A DNA stretch of 64,000 bases from an uncultured Algimonas sp. (GCF_947498175.1 NZ_CANMJB010000008.1:6234-70233), one strand, 5' to 3'; counted from the stretch's first letter, positions 8,815-19,340 are shown. Made by a program: numbers and translations. The notes: generated by a model not told the origin, from the letters alone.

Positions 8815-11559
8815 TCAGAAACTGACGCGCAGTTTGGTGTAGTAATGGCCGCCGAGGAAACCGGATGGCGAGAAATCTGGATAGAGCTGACCGAAACTCG
8901 GCCCGAAGCCGCGCACCCGGTCGGGGTAGTTGTCGAAGATGTTGTTGGCCCCGACGATAAGCTCGACGCCGTCCATCGCTTCGTAGCCGACTTCGGCGTC
9001 GAACAGGAGTTCGGCGCTCTGGTCCGGCACGAAATAGATCGTATCGTCCCAGCCTCCGAAATAGTTGGCCCGAAGCAAGGTCCGCCAGCGGCCCTGATTG
9101 TGGATCCAGCTGGCGAAGCCTTTCCAGTTCGGCAGAAGGTCTTCCAGCGAGGCGATGCGGCTCGCGCCGATCGGATTGACGGTACCCACATCGGTGACCT
9201 CGGTTTCGTTGTAGTTGACCGCCAGGGTCAATTCGGAGGCGCCGCCGAACAGGTCGAACGGATACTGGCCGACAATGTCTACCCCGCGCGTCCGCGTGTC
9301 GTACGTGTTGGCGATGTAGCTGATGTTGGTCAGATTCTCGAAACCCGCGAAATCCCTCTGGTTCAGGACGCCGGCGGCGTCCAGCTGCACGATCGCCTGA
9401 CCGGGTGTCGCATCCGGCGCGAGCGTCACGCCGTTTTGTGCGGCCGTGAAGGCCAGAACCTGTGTGAAGTCGACATCTTGCGCCACGGCGATCCGGTCGT
9501 CGACATCGACATGATAGGCATCGATCGTCCACTGCGTCGGTCCCAGGTCGAACGCCGCGCCCAAGGTGAAGACGTCCGCCGTTTCAACGTCCAGAGACGG
9601 GCGTCCACCGTCGCGGGACTCGATGAAGTCCGCCGCAAGCTGCACCGGCACGGAGTCGATAGGCAGCCGCGCGCTGTCCACGGGCAAGCCTTCTTCGATC
9701 AGGGTCGTGATACGCCGGACGTTGGCCTGTCCGGCCGTGGGCGCATGAAAGCCTGTCGAATGCGTCGCGCGCAGAGTGAACCCGTCCGTGATCCTGTAAA
9801 GGCCCGCGATCTTGTAATCGAGCGTGTCTCCGAACTCGGAATAGTCTTCATAACGCAGTGCCCCCTGCAGCGTCAGCGCGTCCGTCACATCGGTCTCGAG
9901 CTCCACATAGGCGGCGGAACTATGCTGGTTGGCGGACACGGATTGGGCGAATCCGGTGAAACCGTTCGCGCCCGAACCGAAGCCCTGCAGCGCAAGCGGG
10001 CCGACGGCGTACGAGGCGGGATCGCCTTGGCTCAGCTTGAAGCTCTCTTCGCGGAACTCCCCGCCGAAAGCGATGGAGAGTTCGGACCTGAAACCGGCAT
10101 CGACCAGATAGGCGAAGTCGAGATTCATGACCGTTTCGGTCTGTTGCTGACCGCCGGGGCGGAAGTCGCGCGGCGAAGCATTCCCGAGCGATGGGTTGAT
10201 CGTATTGCGGATGAAGAAATCGGTCTCATTGCTGCCATGCGCGATCGACAGGTCGTAGGCCACGCCGGACCCGATGTCCCAAGTGCCGCGAAGGCCGCCG
10301 GCGATGCTGTAATCGGTGTTCTCGCCGCCGAAACGCGGTGTGAAACCGCCCGGATAGGCCTCCAGCAGGGAGAAACAGTTCGCATCGGCCGCGATCCGGG
10401 CCGCGATGGCTGGGTCGGGGAGGTTCCCGCCGGCGCGGAGCGGAATGCCGGCTGGACAGGACGCGCCCGTGCCGAGCCCGTCCAGGTCGCCGATACGGAT
10501 GGATCCGACCGCACCAGGTGCCGTGCTGGCGTCGCCCGTGACCGGATCGACGCTTGGGCCGGCGAACCGGCTGTCGGAATTGGTCGGCGCGCGGTAGAAG
10601 AAACCGTTCGAGACGGTCCGTTGGCTATAGGTCCCGAAGACGTAGGCTTCGGCGACATAGCCCAGGTCGAAAGCGGAATTGAGCACCAGCTTCAGATCGT
10701 CGTCGATCTGCGACCGGCCCCAATATTGCGGCACGCTGTCGCTGAAGCCGCCCGTGATCGTCGAAAAATCGGCAGCCGCCTCGTTGCCGGCGCCGATGAA
10801 GCCCAGCACGTCGGGTCGGATGACCGACCGGTCGGTGCCATCCGCCTCGCCGTATTCGGCGGTCAGGTTGACGAAACCGCGAGGACCGAGCGGCAGGCCG
10901 AGATTGGCGGACAATCGGTATTCGTCGCCATCTTCCTCATAGGTGGACCCGTATTTGAATTCGGCCACTCCGCCTTCGGGCGCATCCTTCAGAACGAAAT
11001 TGATGACCCCGGCGATGGCGTCAGAGCCGTATTGCGAGGATGCCCCGTCGCGCAACACTTCGACCTGCTTCAGCGCGAGCGACGGGATCGAGGCGATATC
11101 CACGCCTTGTGCGCCGGACGAGATGTCGCCGCCGAAGAAGGTGATGATGGATCCGCGGTGGCGGCGCTTGCCGTTGACCAGCACCAGCGTCTGGTCCGGC
11201 GACAGGCCGCGCAGATTGGCGGGGCGGGAAATGGTGGAGTCGTTCGAAATCGGATGCGTGGCCACATTGAAAGCCGGGACGGATGTGCGCAGCAGATCCT
11301 GCACGTCGTCCGAGGCGTTGCGGTTGAATTCCAGCGCGGTGATGACGTCCACGGGCGCCGGGGTGTCAGCGGCCGAACGTTGCGTGCGGCGTGTGCCGAT
11401 CGTGACGATCTCGTCCATGACGACGAAGCCGTCATCGGGTTCCAGTTCGGCTGGCGGCGTCTGCGCGTGGGCGGAGGCTGGCGTCATGGTCGTCGCCAGG
11501 GCGGCGGCGAGAATGCTCAGGGAAGGACCGAATGTCCGGATGAGGGGGCGGTGTCGCAT
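8815..11559 (-). CDS. TonB-dependent outer-membrane receptor
   Basis: 914 aa. Signal peptide ending ASAHAQ. Plug-domain motifs (IVTIGTRR, NLRGLSPDQTLVLVNGKR). Long beta-barrel region with a terminal aromatic residue (...YTKLRVSF). Confidence 0.93.
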   Translation of the reverse strand: MRHRPLIRTFGPSLSILAAALATTMTPASAHAQTPPAELEPDDGFVVMDEIVTIGTRRTQRSAADTPAPVDVITALEFNRNASDDVQDLLRTSVPAFNVATHPISNDSTISRPANLRGLSPDQTLVLVNGKRRHRGSIITFFGGDISSGAQGVDIASIPSLALKQVEVLRDGASSQYGSDAIAGVINFVLKDAPEGGVAEFKYGSTYEEDGDEYRLSANLGLPLGPRGFVNLTAEYGEADGTDRSVIRPDVLGFIGAGNEAAADFSTITGGFSDSVPQYWGRSQIDDDLKLVLNSAFDLGYVAEAYVFGTYSQRTVSNGFFYRAPTNSDSRFAGPSVDPVTGDASTAPGAVGSIRIGDLDGLGTGASCPAGIPLRAGGNLPDPAIAARIAADANCFSLLEAYPGGFTPRFGGENTDYSIAGGLRGTWDIGSGVAYDLSIAHGSNETDFFIRNTINPSLGNASPRDFRPGGQQQTETVMNLDFAYLVDAGFRSELSIAFGGEFREESFKLSQGDPASYAVGPLALQGFGSGANGFTGFAQSVSANQHSSAAYVELETDVTDALTLQGALRYEDYSEFGDTLDYKIAGLYRITDGFTLRATHSTGFHAPTAGQANVRRITTLIEEGLPVDSARLPIDSVPVQLAADFIESRDGGRPSLDVETADVFTLGAAFDLGPTQWTIDAYHVDVDDRIAVAQDVDFTQVLAFTAAQNGVTLAPDATPGQAIVQLDAAGVLNQRDFAGFENLTNISYIANTYDTRTRGVDIVGQYPFDLFGGASELTLAVNYNETEVTDVGTVNPIGASRIASLEDLLPNWKGFASWIHNQGRWRTLLRANYFGGWDDTIYFVPDQSAELLFDAEVGYEAMDGVELIVGANNIFDNYPDRVRGFGPSFGQLYPDFSPSGFLGGHYYTKLRVSF

Positions 11560-11717
11560 AGGAGTGGGGATGTCCTGTTCGTGCTGCGGGCCGGGCGGAG
11601 GGGTTCGTCCGACTCTCCAATCTTGCTTCCCGTTAATGCCGCTGACGGGTCTGGCAAGGGTTCACGGCATATGCGCCGTTTCTGTGGCGGGCTTCGCGGA
11701 AAAACCCTTAAGGCTCC

Positions 11718-12389
11718 TTAAACGGGGATGCCCTTGAATTTGCCGTCGCGCGCGAGGGCGGCCTGCCAAGCCGGGCGGGCTTCCATCCGCTCGACATAGG
11801 CCTGCGTGTGCGGATAGGGCTCGGCCAGGCTGCCGCGCATCGCCGCCATCTGCAGCGTGTAGCCAAAGGCGATATCGGCCGCCGTGAAGCGCTCTCCCGC
11901 CAGGAAGGGATGGCGCGACAGATCGCCTTCCATTTTCGTCATCACGGCTTCCAAACGGGGGCCGTAGAAGGCGCTGTCCAACGTCTCCATGACCTTGCGG
12001 ATGATCGCGCGGACCAGGCGCGGCGAGCGGTCCACGGCCAAGCTGTTGACGAAACGCCCGGTCTGCAGCGATTGGTAGCTGCCCTGGGCGGCATGGAACC
12101 AGAACAGATATTGCGCCCGGTCGGGGTCATCCGGGCCGGGGCGCAGATCGTGCCCGTCCGTCCGGTCGAGGACGTAGTCGATGATGGCGTTGCTTTCGGC
12201 CAGGGTTATGTCGCCGTCTATGATGACGGGCGCCGTGCCCAGCGGCGAGATCGCCTTGTAATCGTCGGGCGCCAGCATCGTTTCCGGATCGCGGTCATAC
12301 ATCTTGAACCCGTAATCGCCGCCCAGCTCTTCGAGCAGCCAGAGGATGCGGATGGATTGGGAGTTTTCAAGATGGTGCAGCGTGATCAT
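11718..12389 (-). CDS. glutathione S-transferase family protein
   Basis: Preferred start is ATG 12389 (MITLHHLENSQSIRILWLLEELG). Thioredoxin-like N-domain with GTAPVIIDGDITLAESNAI. The ATGA overlap with the panC stop suggests an operon. Confidence 0.87.
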   Translation of the reverse strand: MITLHHLENSQSIRILWLLEELGGDYGFKMYDRDPETMLAPDDYKAISPLGTAPVIIDGDITLAESNAIIDYVLDRTDGHDLRPGPDDPDRAQYLFWFHAAQGSYQSLQTGRFVNSLAVDRSPRLVRAIIRKVMETLDSAFYGPRLEAVMTKMEGDLSRHPFLAGERFTAADIAFGYTLQMAAMRGSLAEPYPHTQAYVERMEARPAWQAALARDGKFKGIPV

Positions 12390-13273
12390 GACGGGGTTCC
12401 CGGTAAGGCAGGCGGTTGGACTGCGCAATTGTCGATCAGGCGGACTCCGCGGCAATGGGCGGCGATCAGCAAGCGCAACGGTCGCGGCGGCAAGGGTCCG
12501 GACGGATGCGGTTGGAGCGTCTCCGCATCGGCCAGGCTGACATAGTCCACGCTGTCGAAACCGCGGTCGGTCAGCTCTTGCCGGGCGTTCTCCAATATCG
12601 CCGCAATGTCGCCGCCACTTTCCAGCGCGTCCTTCGCGCCGAACATCGCATGGTTCAACGCCCGCGCCACGGTAATGCCGTCCGCATCGAAATAACGGTT
12701 GCGCGACGATAGGGCCAGACCGTGCGCGTCGCGCGCGATGGGCGCGCCGACGATGTCGACCGGCATGTCCAGATCGCGCACCATGCGACGGATCACGGCC
12801 AGCTGCTGGTAATCCTTCTCGCCGAATACGGTCATATCCGGTCGGACGCGGTTGAGCAGTTTCGCCACGACGAGCGCAACCCCGTGGAAGAACGTCGGAC
12901 GGTGATCGGTTTCCAGCCCGTCGCCGACCCCGCCGACGACGATGCGCGTGCTGTGATCGGGTTCGTACATGGCGTCCGTCGGGGGCACGTAGATCAGATC
13001 GACTCCCGCCTCGGCCAATAAAGCCGTGTCGCGTGTGATGTCCCGTGGATAGGCCTCGTAATCCTCGCCAGGAGCGAACTGCGCCGGATTGACGAAGATC
13101 GATACGATCGTCCGGTCGGCCGTCTCTCGCGCCAGCCGCACTAGCGACAGGTGCCCTTCATGCAGTGCGCCCATGGTCGGCACCAAAGCCGTTCTGAGCC
13201 CGTTTCCGGACAGTTCGGCCATTTCGGCGCGCAAGGCATTCAGGGTCGTCACGATCGGCGGCGTGGCAGTCAT
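12386..13273 (-). CDS. panC: pantoate--beta-alanine ligase
   Basis: Preferred start is ATG 13273 (295 aa). Motifs PTMGALHEGHLSLV, VSIFVNPAQF and FGEKDYQQL are characteristic of PanC. Confidence 0.93.
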   Translation of the reverse strand: MTATPPIVTTLNALRAEMAELSGNGLRTALVPTMGALHEGHLSLVRLARETADRTIVSIFVNPAQFAPGEDYEAYPRDITRDTALLAEAGVDLIYVPPTDAMYEPDHSTRIVVGGVGDGLETDHRPTFFHGVALVVAKLLNRVRPDMTVFGEKDYQQLAVIRRMVRDLDMPVDIVGAPIARDAHGLALSSRNRYFDADGITVARALNHAMFGAKDALESGGDIAAILENARQELTDRGFDSVDYVSLADAETLQPHPSGPLPPRPLRLLIAAHCRGVRLIDNCAVQPPALPGTPS

Positions 13274-13323
13274 CGGCAGGGTGATCTTGGCTGGTTTCGA
13301 TATCCGGGATTGGACGCCGCCCT

Positions 13324-14472
13324 CTAACCGGGTTCGGCGACGGATAAAACCTTGCATCGGCGCGGAGTGATCCGCAGCATTTCGCCGTGGCGGGCGCAAA
13401 GGGTGCGGGCCGTCGCCTGGTCGAGCGCTTCGACACGGACGCTATGGACGGTTCGTCCGTCGCGCTCTCGGCTGCGCGCACCGACGGTCCCGCTCCCCGC
13501 ATTGCGGACCAGCGTGTCCGCCAGGATGGCCGCTTCGGCGGAGCTTTCGAACCCGTCGATCTGCAGCGCCCACGGCGCGGTTTCGCCGAGGCTCGTGGTT
13601 TCGGCGCGCGCCGCGATCATGCGGGGCGCTGCGTCAAGCGCCCTGGCGGGCGCGCCGGCCAGATCGGGCCTATCGAGTTGGCCCATCACGGCGAAACCGC
13701 GATCGACAAGATCGGACATATGGCTGTTGCGTGACGCGCTGGATGCCCCGCCCATGACCACGGCGATGAGGCGTCGTTCGTCACGGACCGCACTGATGAC
13801 GAGATTGTAGCCCGACGCACGCGTAAAGCCCGTCTTGAACCCGTCAACATCGGCGCGCGAACGCAGCAATGCGTTCGTGTTGCGCTTTCCGGAAAAACTC
13901 TCCTGCCCGAAATAATGGTAATGCTGTGGAAAGCGGCTCAGCGTCGCTTGGGCCAGTTTGGCAATGTCGCGCGCCGTGCTGCGCTGTTCCGGATTCGGCA
14001 GGCCGTGCGGATTGCGGAACACCGTGCCGCGCATGCCCAGCCGCGCCGCCGTCTCGTTCATCCGCGCCACGAAGGCCGCTTCGGACCCGGCCACCCCTTC
14101 GGCGATGGCGGCGGCCGCATCGTTGGCGCTGCGCACGGCAACGGCCTGGATCAACGTATTCAGGGCGACGGTACGGCCGGCCTTCAATCCCATTTTCACG
14201 GGGGGCGTGGCTGCGGCGTGTGTCGTGATCGTAACGGGCGTGTCCAATGCGATCTCGCCGCGTTCGACCGCATCGAAGGCGACGTGCAGCGTCATGATCT
14301 TGGTCAGGCTGGCGGGGAAACGCGGCGCATCGATCTGGCGTGCGTGCAAGATGTCCAGCGTGTCCGCATCGACGATGATCGACGCGTATCGATCCTGCGC
14401 CGCCCCTGCAACGGGCCAAAATAGCGCGACGGGACAAAACAGAAGGAGCAGGATGAGATGGAGGAACCGCAT
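13324..14472 (-). CDS. D-alanyl-D-alanine carboxypeptidase (S11 low-molecular-weight PBP) with a C-terminal SPOR-like domain
   Basis: 382 aa. Signal peptide; SxxK (SLTKIMT), SxN (SAND) and KTG (KTGFT) motifs. The C-terminal ~80 aa resemble a SPOR peptidoglycan-binding fold (tentative). Confidence 0.87.
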   Translation of the reverse strand: MRFLHLILLLLFCPVALFWPVAGAAQDRYASIIVDADTLDILHARQIDAPRFPASLTKIMTLHVAFDAVERGEIALDTPVTITTHAAATPPVKMGLKAGRTVALNTLIQAVAVRSANDAAAAIAEGVAGSEAAFVARMNETAARLGMRGTVFRNPHGLPNPEQRSTARDIAKLAQATLSRFPQHYHYFGQESFSGKRNTNALLRSRADVDGFKTGFTRASGYNLVISAVRDERRLIAVVMGGASSASRNSHMSDLVDRGFAVMGQLDRPDLAGAPARALDAAPRMIAARAETTSLGETAPWALQIDGFESSAEAAILADTLVRNAGSGTVGARSRERDGRTVHSVRVEALDQATARTLCARHGEMLRITPRRCKVLSVAEPG

Positions 14473-14676
14473 GGCCGCCCTCTAGCGTGCCATCGGTTAG
14501 ACCTTGGTTAATGGGCGTTAACGCCGACCGACTTGCATCGTGATCCCCGTGAACCCACATCCGCGCGCAACAGGACCGGGACGGTAGGACCGGAATATGG
14601 TCATTCACACCGCATTGTGCACCGAATGCGCCCGAGGGCTGTTCAAGCGCGGCGATGCCACTTAGATTGGGTCAGC

Positions 14677-15075
14677 ATGAACGACGACGTTATCACCGCA
14701 TCCCCTCTTCATCCTCTGCTTGCCTCCGGCCCGGACGGTCCCGGCGATAACGGTCCGTCGCCCAAGCTTCCAGGCGACGAGACGGAACGCGGCGTCGCCA
14801 CCAAGGTCCGCGAAAAGACCAAGAAGCCGTCCATGTACCGCGTTCTGCTGATGAATGACGACTACACGCCCATGGAATTCGTCGTCTCCATCCTGATGGG
14901 CATCTTCAAGAAAACGCAGGAAGAAGCCACGACCATCATGCTGGACGTCCATCAGACAGGCATTGGCACCTGCGGTGTCTACACGTTCGAAGTCGCCGAG
15001 ACCAAGGTCGCGCAGGTCATGGATGCGGCGAAACGCAACCAGCACCCACTCCAATGCACGTTGGAGAAGGCGTGA
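14677..15075 (+). CDS. clpS: ATP-dependent Clp protease adaptor ClpS
   Basis: Preferred start is ATG 14677. Core [29 protein letters not shown]...[27 protein letters not shown] is canonical ClpS. Confidence 0.93.
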   Translation: MNDDVITASPLHPLLASGPDGPGDNGPSPKLPGDETERGVATKVREKTKKPSMYRVLLMNDDYTPMEFVVSILMGIFKKTQEEATTIMLDVHQTGIGTCGVYTFEVAETKVAQVMDAAKRNQHPLQCTLEKA

Positions 15076-15455
15076 TCGGTAGGGCTCTTTCGCCCGTTGA
15101 ACGGGACTCCCTCCTGCGCGGGTGTTTGGAAGTCTCGCTTGTCGCTATCCTGTGCCTTTTCATCCGTGACTATCTGCTGACCGGGCTGTCTGTCTGGACG
15201 ACATTTTTATCCGGCACTGGACTCGGGGCGGGCCTTGCCCTGCTGCGCATCTATCAGCATTACGGGTCGTGGGTTATCAAGGCCCATGCTAGTCGCATTG
15301 TGATTGTGCTCATGCTCGCATTCATTGCCAGCTCATTCTTGGGCACTTTGAAACCGATCGGGAGAGACTTCTTCGTTCATGCGGCCGTTTTCGCCTTTGT
15401 GGCACTCCGGTGGCAAGGCCGGGCGATAGCCCGAAAGGGCAGGGAGGATGTATGA
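15072..15455 (+). CDS. small hypothetical membrane protein (3-4 predicted TM helices) between clpS and clpA
   Basis: In-frame GTG 15072 overlaps the clpS TGA as GTGA, and GGAGAAGG lies just upstream. ATG 15054 is an alternative start. Hydrophobic segments [41 protein letters not shown] and [12 protein letters not shown]+C is lower than in the flanks. No family recognised. Confidence 0.5.
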   Translation: MIGRALSPVERDSLLRGCLEVSLVAILCLFIRDYLLTGLSVWTTFLSGTGLGAGLALLRIYQHYGSWVIKAHASRIVIVLMLAFIASSFLGTLKPIGRDFFVHAAVFAFVALRWQGRAIARKGREDV

Positions 15456-15597
15456 AAACCATTCCTTTCGCCGTCGTTTCTTGCGCCAGTATGATGTGGA
15501 AGGCGCATTCACATTTATGTGCGCCCCTTGCCCAGCTCGCCGCATTGCAAACCGATTCCGGACTACCCAAATCGGATAGCTGAAAGGACCCATAATC

Positions 15598-17913
15598 ATG
15601 GCATCATTCTCCCCAGTCTTGGAAGAAACCATCCATCGCGCCCTGACGCTCGCCAGCGACCGTAAACACGAGTTGGCGACGCTTGAGCATCTGCTGCTCG
15701 CGTTGTTGGATGATCAGGACGCCGCCGCCGTCATCACGGCGTGCAGTGTCGATATCGAACCCCTGCGTCAGGATGTGACGCGCTATCTCGACGAGGATCT
15801 GGCCTCGCTGACAGTCGAGGACTTCGAGGAAGCCCGCCCGACCGCGGGGTTCCACCGTGTGATCCAGCGCGCCGTCATCCATGTCCAGTCGTCGGGCCGC
15901 GAGGAAGTGACGGGGGCCAATGCGCTCGTCGCGTTGTTCGCCGAACGCGAAAGCCACGCCGTCTATTTCCTGCAGGAGCGGGACATGACGCGCTACGACG
16001 CGGTCAATTACATCAGCCACGGCATCGCCAAGAACGGCGCGTCCGTGCCCAAGCCGCCCACGGGTGCCGGCGACGACGTGGAAGACGGACAAGGCAAGGA
16101 CCCGCTATCCGAATACACGGTCAATCTGAACCAGAAGGCCCGCGAAGGCGATATCGATCCGCTGATCGGCCGGGCCGACGAAGTCGAACGCTGCATCATG
16201 GTGCTGAGCCGCCGCCGCAAGAACAACCCGCTTTTGGTGGGCGATCCGGGCGTGGGCAAGACGGCCATTGCCGAAGGCATCGCCCGGCGGATCGTCAACG
16301 AGGACGTGCCCGAAGTGCTGCAGGACGCCACCATTTACTCGCTCGACATGGGCGCGCTGTTGGCGGGCACCCGTTACCGGGGCGACTTCGAGGAACGGCT
16401 CAAGGCCGTGGTGACGAAGTTGCAGGACACGCCGGGCGCGGTTCTGTTCATCGACGAGATCCACACCATCATCGGCGCGGGCGCGACAAGTGGCGGCGCG
16501 ATGGATGCGTCCAATCTGCTAAAGCCTGCTCTGCAGTCCGGCAAACTGCGCTGCATGGGCTCGACGACCTACAAGGAATACCGCCAGCATTTCGAGAAGG
16601 ACCGGGCCCTGTCCCGGCGCTTCCTGAAGATCGACGTGTCCGAGCCGACATCCGATGACGCGGTGAAGATCCTGCAAGGGCTGAAGTCCTATTTCGAGGA
16701 GTTTCACAAGGTCGAGTATACGCCCGAAGCGATCGAGTCCGCCGTGCAGCTGGCTGTGCGCCACATCACCGACCGCAAGCTGCCCGACAAGGCGATCGAT
16801 ATCATCGACGAGGCCGGCGCCCGGACCAAGCTGGTTCCGGAAGACGAGCGCAAGACCGTGATCGGCAACAAGGAGATCGAGGCCGTCGTGTCCAAGATCG
16901 CGCGCATCCCGCCCAAGAGCATTTCGCGCGACGACGAGAAGGCATTGGCGTCGCTCGAGCAGGACCTCAAGCGCATGGTGTTCGGCCAGGACACGGCCAT
17001 CGAACAGGTCGCCGCCGCCGTCAAACTGGCGCGGGCCGGCCTGCGCGAACCGAACAAGCCGATCGGCTCCTACCTGTTCGCCGGCCCGACCGGCGTCGGC
17101 AAGACCGAGGTCGCGCGCCAGCTCGCCATGACGCAAGGCCTGGAACTGCTGCGCTTCGACATGTCAGAATATATGGAGCGTCATACCGTGTCGCGCCTGA
17201 TCGGTGCGCCTCCGGGCTATGTCGGCTACGACCAGGGCGGACTGCTCACCGACGCGGTCAATCAGAACCCGCATTGCGTGCTGCTGCTCGACGAGATCGA
17301 GAAGGCGCATCCGGATATCTACAACATCCTGTTGCAGGTGATGGATAATGGCTTCCTGACCGACTCCAATGGTCGCAAGGTCGACTTCCGCAACGTCATC
17401 ATCATCATGACGACCAATGCGGGCGCGGCGGACGCGGCCAAGGCTGGGATCGGCTTCGGGCGCGGTCTCAAGGATGACGAGCAGGACGAGGCGATCAAAC
17501 GCCGCTTCACGCCGGAATTCCGCAACCGCCTCGACGCCGTGGTCATGTTCGCCCCGCTGTCCAAGGAGCACATCGCCCGCGTCGTGGACAAGTTCGTCAT
17601 CCAGCTGGAAGCCCAACTGGCCGACCGCAAGATCGAGTTCGAACTGACCAAGGGCGCGAACGACTGGATCGCCGAGAAGGGCTACGACAAGCGCTACGGC
17701 GCGCGACCCTTGGGCCGCACGATTCAGGAATATGTCAAGAAGCCGCTGGCCGACGAGATCCTGTTCGGCAAGCTGAAATATGGCGGCCTGGTCAAGGTCG
17801 GCGTCAGCCGCAAGAAGGACGAGGACGGCCTGACCTTCAAATTCGTCCCCGCGCCCAAGCCCAAGGCGCCCGAGGACGAAGGGTCTTCGGAGACGCCGAA
17901 GGAAGATGCGTAG
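15598..17913 (+). CDS. clpA: ATP-dependent Clp protease ATP-binding subunit ClpA
   Basis: 771 aa. N-domain, two AAA+ modules (GDPGVGKTA and GPTGVGKTE Walker A motifs) and typical ClpA length. Follows clpS. Confidence 0.96.
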   Translation: MASFSPVLEETIHRALTLASDRKHELATLEHLLLALLDDQDAAAVITACSVDIEPLRQDVTRYLDEDLASLTVEDFEEARPTAGFHRVIQRAVIHVQSSGREEVTGANALVALFAERESHAVYFLQERDMTRYDAVNYISHGIAKNGASVPKPPTGAGDDVEDGQGKDPLSEYTVNLNQKAREGDIDPLIGRADEVERCIMVLSRRRKNNPLLVGDPGVGKTAIAEGIARRIVNEDVPEVLQDATIYSLDMGALLAGTRYRGDFEERLKAVVTKLQDTPGAVLFIDEIHTIIGAGATSGGAMDASNLLKPALQSGKLRCMGSTTYKEYRQHFEKDRALSRRFLKIDVSEPTSDDAVKILQGLKSYFEEFHKVEYTPEAIESAVQLAVRHITDRKLPDKAIDIIDEAGARTKLVPEDERKTVIGNKEIEAVVSKIARIPPKSISRDDEKALASLEQDLKRMVFGQDTAIEQVAAAVKLARAGLREPNKPIGSYLFAGPTGVGKTEVARQLAMTQGLELLRFDMSEYMERHTVSRLIGAPPGYVGYDQGGLLTDAVNQNPHCVLLLDEIEKAHPDIYNILLQVMDNGFLTDSNGRKVDFRNVIIIMTTNAGAADAAKAGIGFGRGLKDDEQDEAIKRRFTPEFRNRLDAVVMFAPLSKEHIARVVDKFVIQLEAQLADRKIEFELTKGANDWIAEKGYDKRYGARPLGRTIQEYVKKPLADEILFGKLKYGGLVKVGVSRKKDEDGLTFKFVPAPKPKAPEDEGSSETPKEDA

Positions 17914-17915
17914 GC

Positions 17916-17935
17916 AGTCGCCGCAGGCGACTTTT
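17916..17935 (+). terminator. hairpin plus T-tract immediately after clpA
   Basis: agtcgcc-gca-ggcgact followed by ttt; starts 3 nt after the clpA stop. Confidence 0.5.
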
Positions 17936-17988
17936 CGCTAGCGGAGAAAACAGCCTAACGCCGTGAGCTCAAGCGACCGGGAGAGAGA

Positions 17989-18015
17989 GACCGCCCTTCA
18001 GGGCGGTCTTTTCAT
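17989..18015 (+). terminator. Rho-independent terminator downstream of clpA
   Basis: gaccgccc-ttca-gggcggtc (8-bp GC-rich stem) followed by ttttcatttc. Confidence 0.75.
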
Positions 18016-18200
18016 TTCAGCATGAAGGTATGGGCACAGCATTCAAAGTCCACGACTTGCAACGTTTAACACCCCTCCACTGATAATGATTGCGCACGGG
18101 TCTAGTGAGACAAAGAGTTTCAGCCGCTATGCATGGTTGTCTCTTTGGTGCTTTTGTCCATTGAGCGACCGGCTAATGGACAATAATCGTAACCCAGCCG

Positions 18201-19265
18201 TCAAAGTGGCTTCGGGTCCATCCAGTCCAAGGCTAGGCGGAATGTTTCGATCAAACGCGCATAGGGGTTCTCGTCGCCTTCGACCGATAGAACGTGCGAT
18301 CCGCCAACGACGCGATGGGTCGTCACATCCTTGCCGGCAACAATCCGTCGCGTAACGATTTCCTCCAGCCCGTCAGCCGTGATCTGCTCATCCTGCGTCC
18401 CATAGGCGATGAAGACGTCGGCATCGGACGCCGCAAGGTCAGTGGCCGGGCACGCCATGCCGAAAGTCGACCAGAAAAGCGGCGTCTGCCCCCAGATGTT
18501 TGTGGTGCTGTCTTCTGGGCTGGCGAATATGCGCCGCAAATCGGATTCGCTCTGCCTGAGCGTCTCTGCGACACCCTCTTGTTTCGCGTCAGTCCCGGCA
18601 TCTTGATTTTCCAGAAGCCAGTCACGCCGCGCTCGCACCAGCATGTCATCGAGTTGATGACACCCATGACCGGATATGAACGCGACATGGGAAACCGCTG
18701 TTTGCGAAGCCGCGAGATGCGCGGCGACAATGGCCCCTTCGGACAAGCCAATCACGCGAATACCTGCGAGCGCTTGAAGCTCATCGTGCACGGCAGACGA
18801 AACCAGATCGACCGTATGTGTCCAGTTTTCCAAGCTATGCTGACGTCTGAAAGCCTCGGAGCAGTCACCTTGCTCCCCTCCATCGGACTGACCGGCATGG
18901 GGCTTCTCCACGATCAGCACATGATGTCGTTCACCTGACAAGCTTGCGACAACATCCTGCCCTGCCGTCCCTGAATACCGACCATCTCCCAGATTCGAGA
19001 ACACTGGCTCGCATCCCGATCCCTGAATCATGACGAGCAGCGGTGCGCCGTTGCGGCCTCTGCGAAGATAGGCGGCGTATTGCGCTGAGCCGAAAGTCAG
19101 GTCCAACCGCTCAAAATCACTGACGCCCAAAGGTGTCGTTGCAATTCGGACCGGTTGGTCGGAAGGCTTCTCCTGCGCTTGTGGCAGATCGGTTCTACCG
19201 GATAAGGCCGCGTTGCATGCGGTCAGGCATCCAATCAGAAAGAGGGTCACCAATCTTGTTATCAT
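18201..19265 (-). CDS. alpha/beta-hydrolase-fold lipoprotein (function unknown)
   Basis: 354 aa. MITRLVTLFLIGCLTAC lipobox. Nucleophile-elbow-like GLSEG within VIGLSEGAIVAAH. C-terminal GGSHVL. Lies in a lower-GC segment. Confidence 0.68.
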   Translation of the reverse strand: MITRLVTLFLIGCLTACNAALSGRTDLPQAQEKPSDQPVRIATTPLGVSDFERLDLTFGSAQYAAYLRRGRNGAPLLVMIQGSGCEPVFSNLGDGRYSGTAGQDVVASLSGERHHVLIVEKPHAGQSDGGEQGDCSEAFRRQHSLENWTHTVDLVSSAVHDELQALAGIRVIGLSEGAIVAAHLAASQTAVSHVAFISGHGCHQLDDMLVRARRDWLLENQDAGTDAKQEGVAETLRQSESDLRRIFASPEDSTTNIWGQTPLFWSTFGMACPATDLAASDADVFIAYGTQDEQITADGLEEIVTRRIVAGKDVTTHRVVGGSHVLSVEGDENPYARLIETFRLALDWMDPKPL

Positions 19266-19312
19266 GAGATTTCCTCGGTCCTAGACGTCCGCAGATCTTT
19301 GCGTTATCATCA

Positions 19313-19338
19313 TAAAACAACTAGCAATGATTGTTTTA
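19313..19338. promoter_or_regulatory. 8-bp perfect inverted repeat (TAAAACAA-N10-TTGTTTTA) directly upstream of the DUF2975-like gene
   Basis: taaaacaa (19313-19320) and ttgtttta (19331-19338), ending 2 nt before ATG 19341. Candidate operator for the co-transcribed HTH protein, or an RNA hairpin over the ribosome-binding region. Confidence 0.35.
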
Positions 19339-19340
19339 CG

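Noticed and set aside
11560-11717. Possible cobalamin or TPP riboswitch in front of the TonB-dependent receptor.
   Set aside because: Fragments resembling conserved cores are present, but in the wrong order and spacing relative to the consensus as I remember it. There is no B12-box-like element at the 3' end. Kept only as a low-interest item to be checked with Infernal.
14508-14526. TTAA-N7-TAAC (ggttaatgggcgttaacgcc), which resembles a CtrA box, and nearby an 8-mer direct repeat aggaccgg at 14572-79 and 14586-93, upstream of clpS.
   Set aside because: The CtrA-like site has a mismatched second half-site, and short matches of this kind are frequent by chance. There is no supporting context.
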